DNA of 62,836 nucleotides, the filler included, from Choristocarpus tenellus KU-1152 (lineage: Eukaryota; Protista; Phaeophyceae): NCBI GenBank assembly GCA_964200185.2. It is 12 parts of 12 records of this genome, joined end to end, with 100 filler letters (N's around TTAATTAATTAA, not from the genome) between each part and the next. Parts side by side here need not be neighbours in the genome. Positions count along the whole stretch, not along the records: positions 56,543 to 62,836 come from CAXNAD020008465.1; 11 more parts are not named here. The stretch is one strand, 5' to 3'. This document shows positions 62,461 through 62,836 of this stretch, piece after piece (position 1 is the stretch's first letter; each line of letters begins with the position of its first letter). Position numbers and translations under genes: made by a program. Below the pieces are notes generated by a model. The model was not told the DNA's origin. It made no database searches and saw nothing but the letters and a program-made list of their open reading frames with translations.

Positions 62461-62836
62461 GGAACCAGTCTCTTAGATATTCTATGGAATCCAGTCTCAC
62501 CTAAGATCCTTGGCTGGGCTCAACTGGAATCCAGGATTCTTGACAAGGAACCCCAAACAGTATGATGACATATAGCACTTCAATAAACGATATGATAACG
62601 GATATAAATATTGATAGAAGGAGGAGGGGAGGGGATTGTGGAGGTGATGGAGGAAGGTGACGACGGTACACGAGACAGGCAAGGGCAAGGTCCAAATATA
62701 AGTGGAAGGATTAACCCGGCTCCAGGAATAGATACCCAGGTCTCGATTTCGCAGAATGGAGAAGGATGGACAGAGAACGAAATGGGCCCACATGGGGACG
62801 AGGTGGAGGCGATCGAGGATGGGAATGGAGTATCAC

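Overview
Eukaryotic, intron-rich DNA from a photosynthetic stramenopile, most like a brown alga or close relative. Evidence: bipartite signal+transit peptides with ASAF-like cleavage sites, an Lhcr-type antenna gene, GT-AG introns and TTAGGG repeats. The window is not contiguous: it is 12 contigs joined by 100-nt artificial linkers (N44-TTAATTAATTAA-N44), so gene order across linkers has no meaning. Hand-spliced genes: a PsbQ-like lumen protein, an Lhcr light-harvesting protein, the 3' end of a soluble pyrophosphatase, neurochondrin head-to-head with an Mx-like dynamin GTPase, the 3' end of DapB, a membrane-anchored tyrosinase-like protein, a Ubc12-like E2 lacking its catalytic Cys, a FAM135-like last exon, a plastid-targeted DUF3754/TMEM143-like protein and a DUF1499 lumen protein. 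Transposon relics are abundant (plant-type mariner, gypsy integrase, LINEs, MITEs, possible Helitrons). The standout is an 11-exon, phase-consistent gene (32268-38483). It fuses a glucose/sorbosone-dehydrogenase (PQQ-type) beta-propeller to a complete multicopper oxidase and a C-terminal transmembrane anchor, making it a candidate self-contained cell-surface dehydrogenase-oxidase. All family assignments are from motif recognition by eye; no database search was run.
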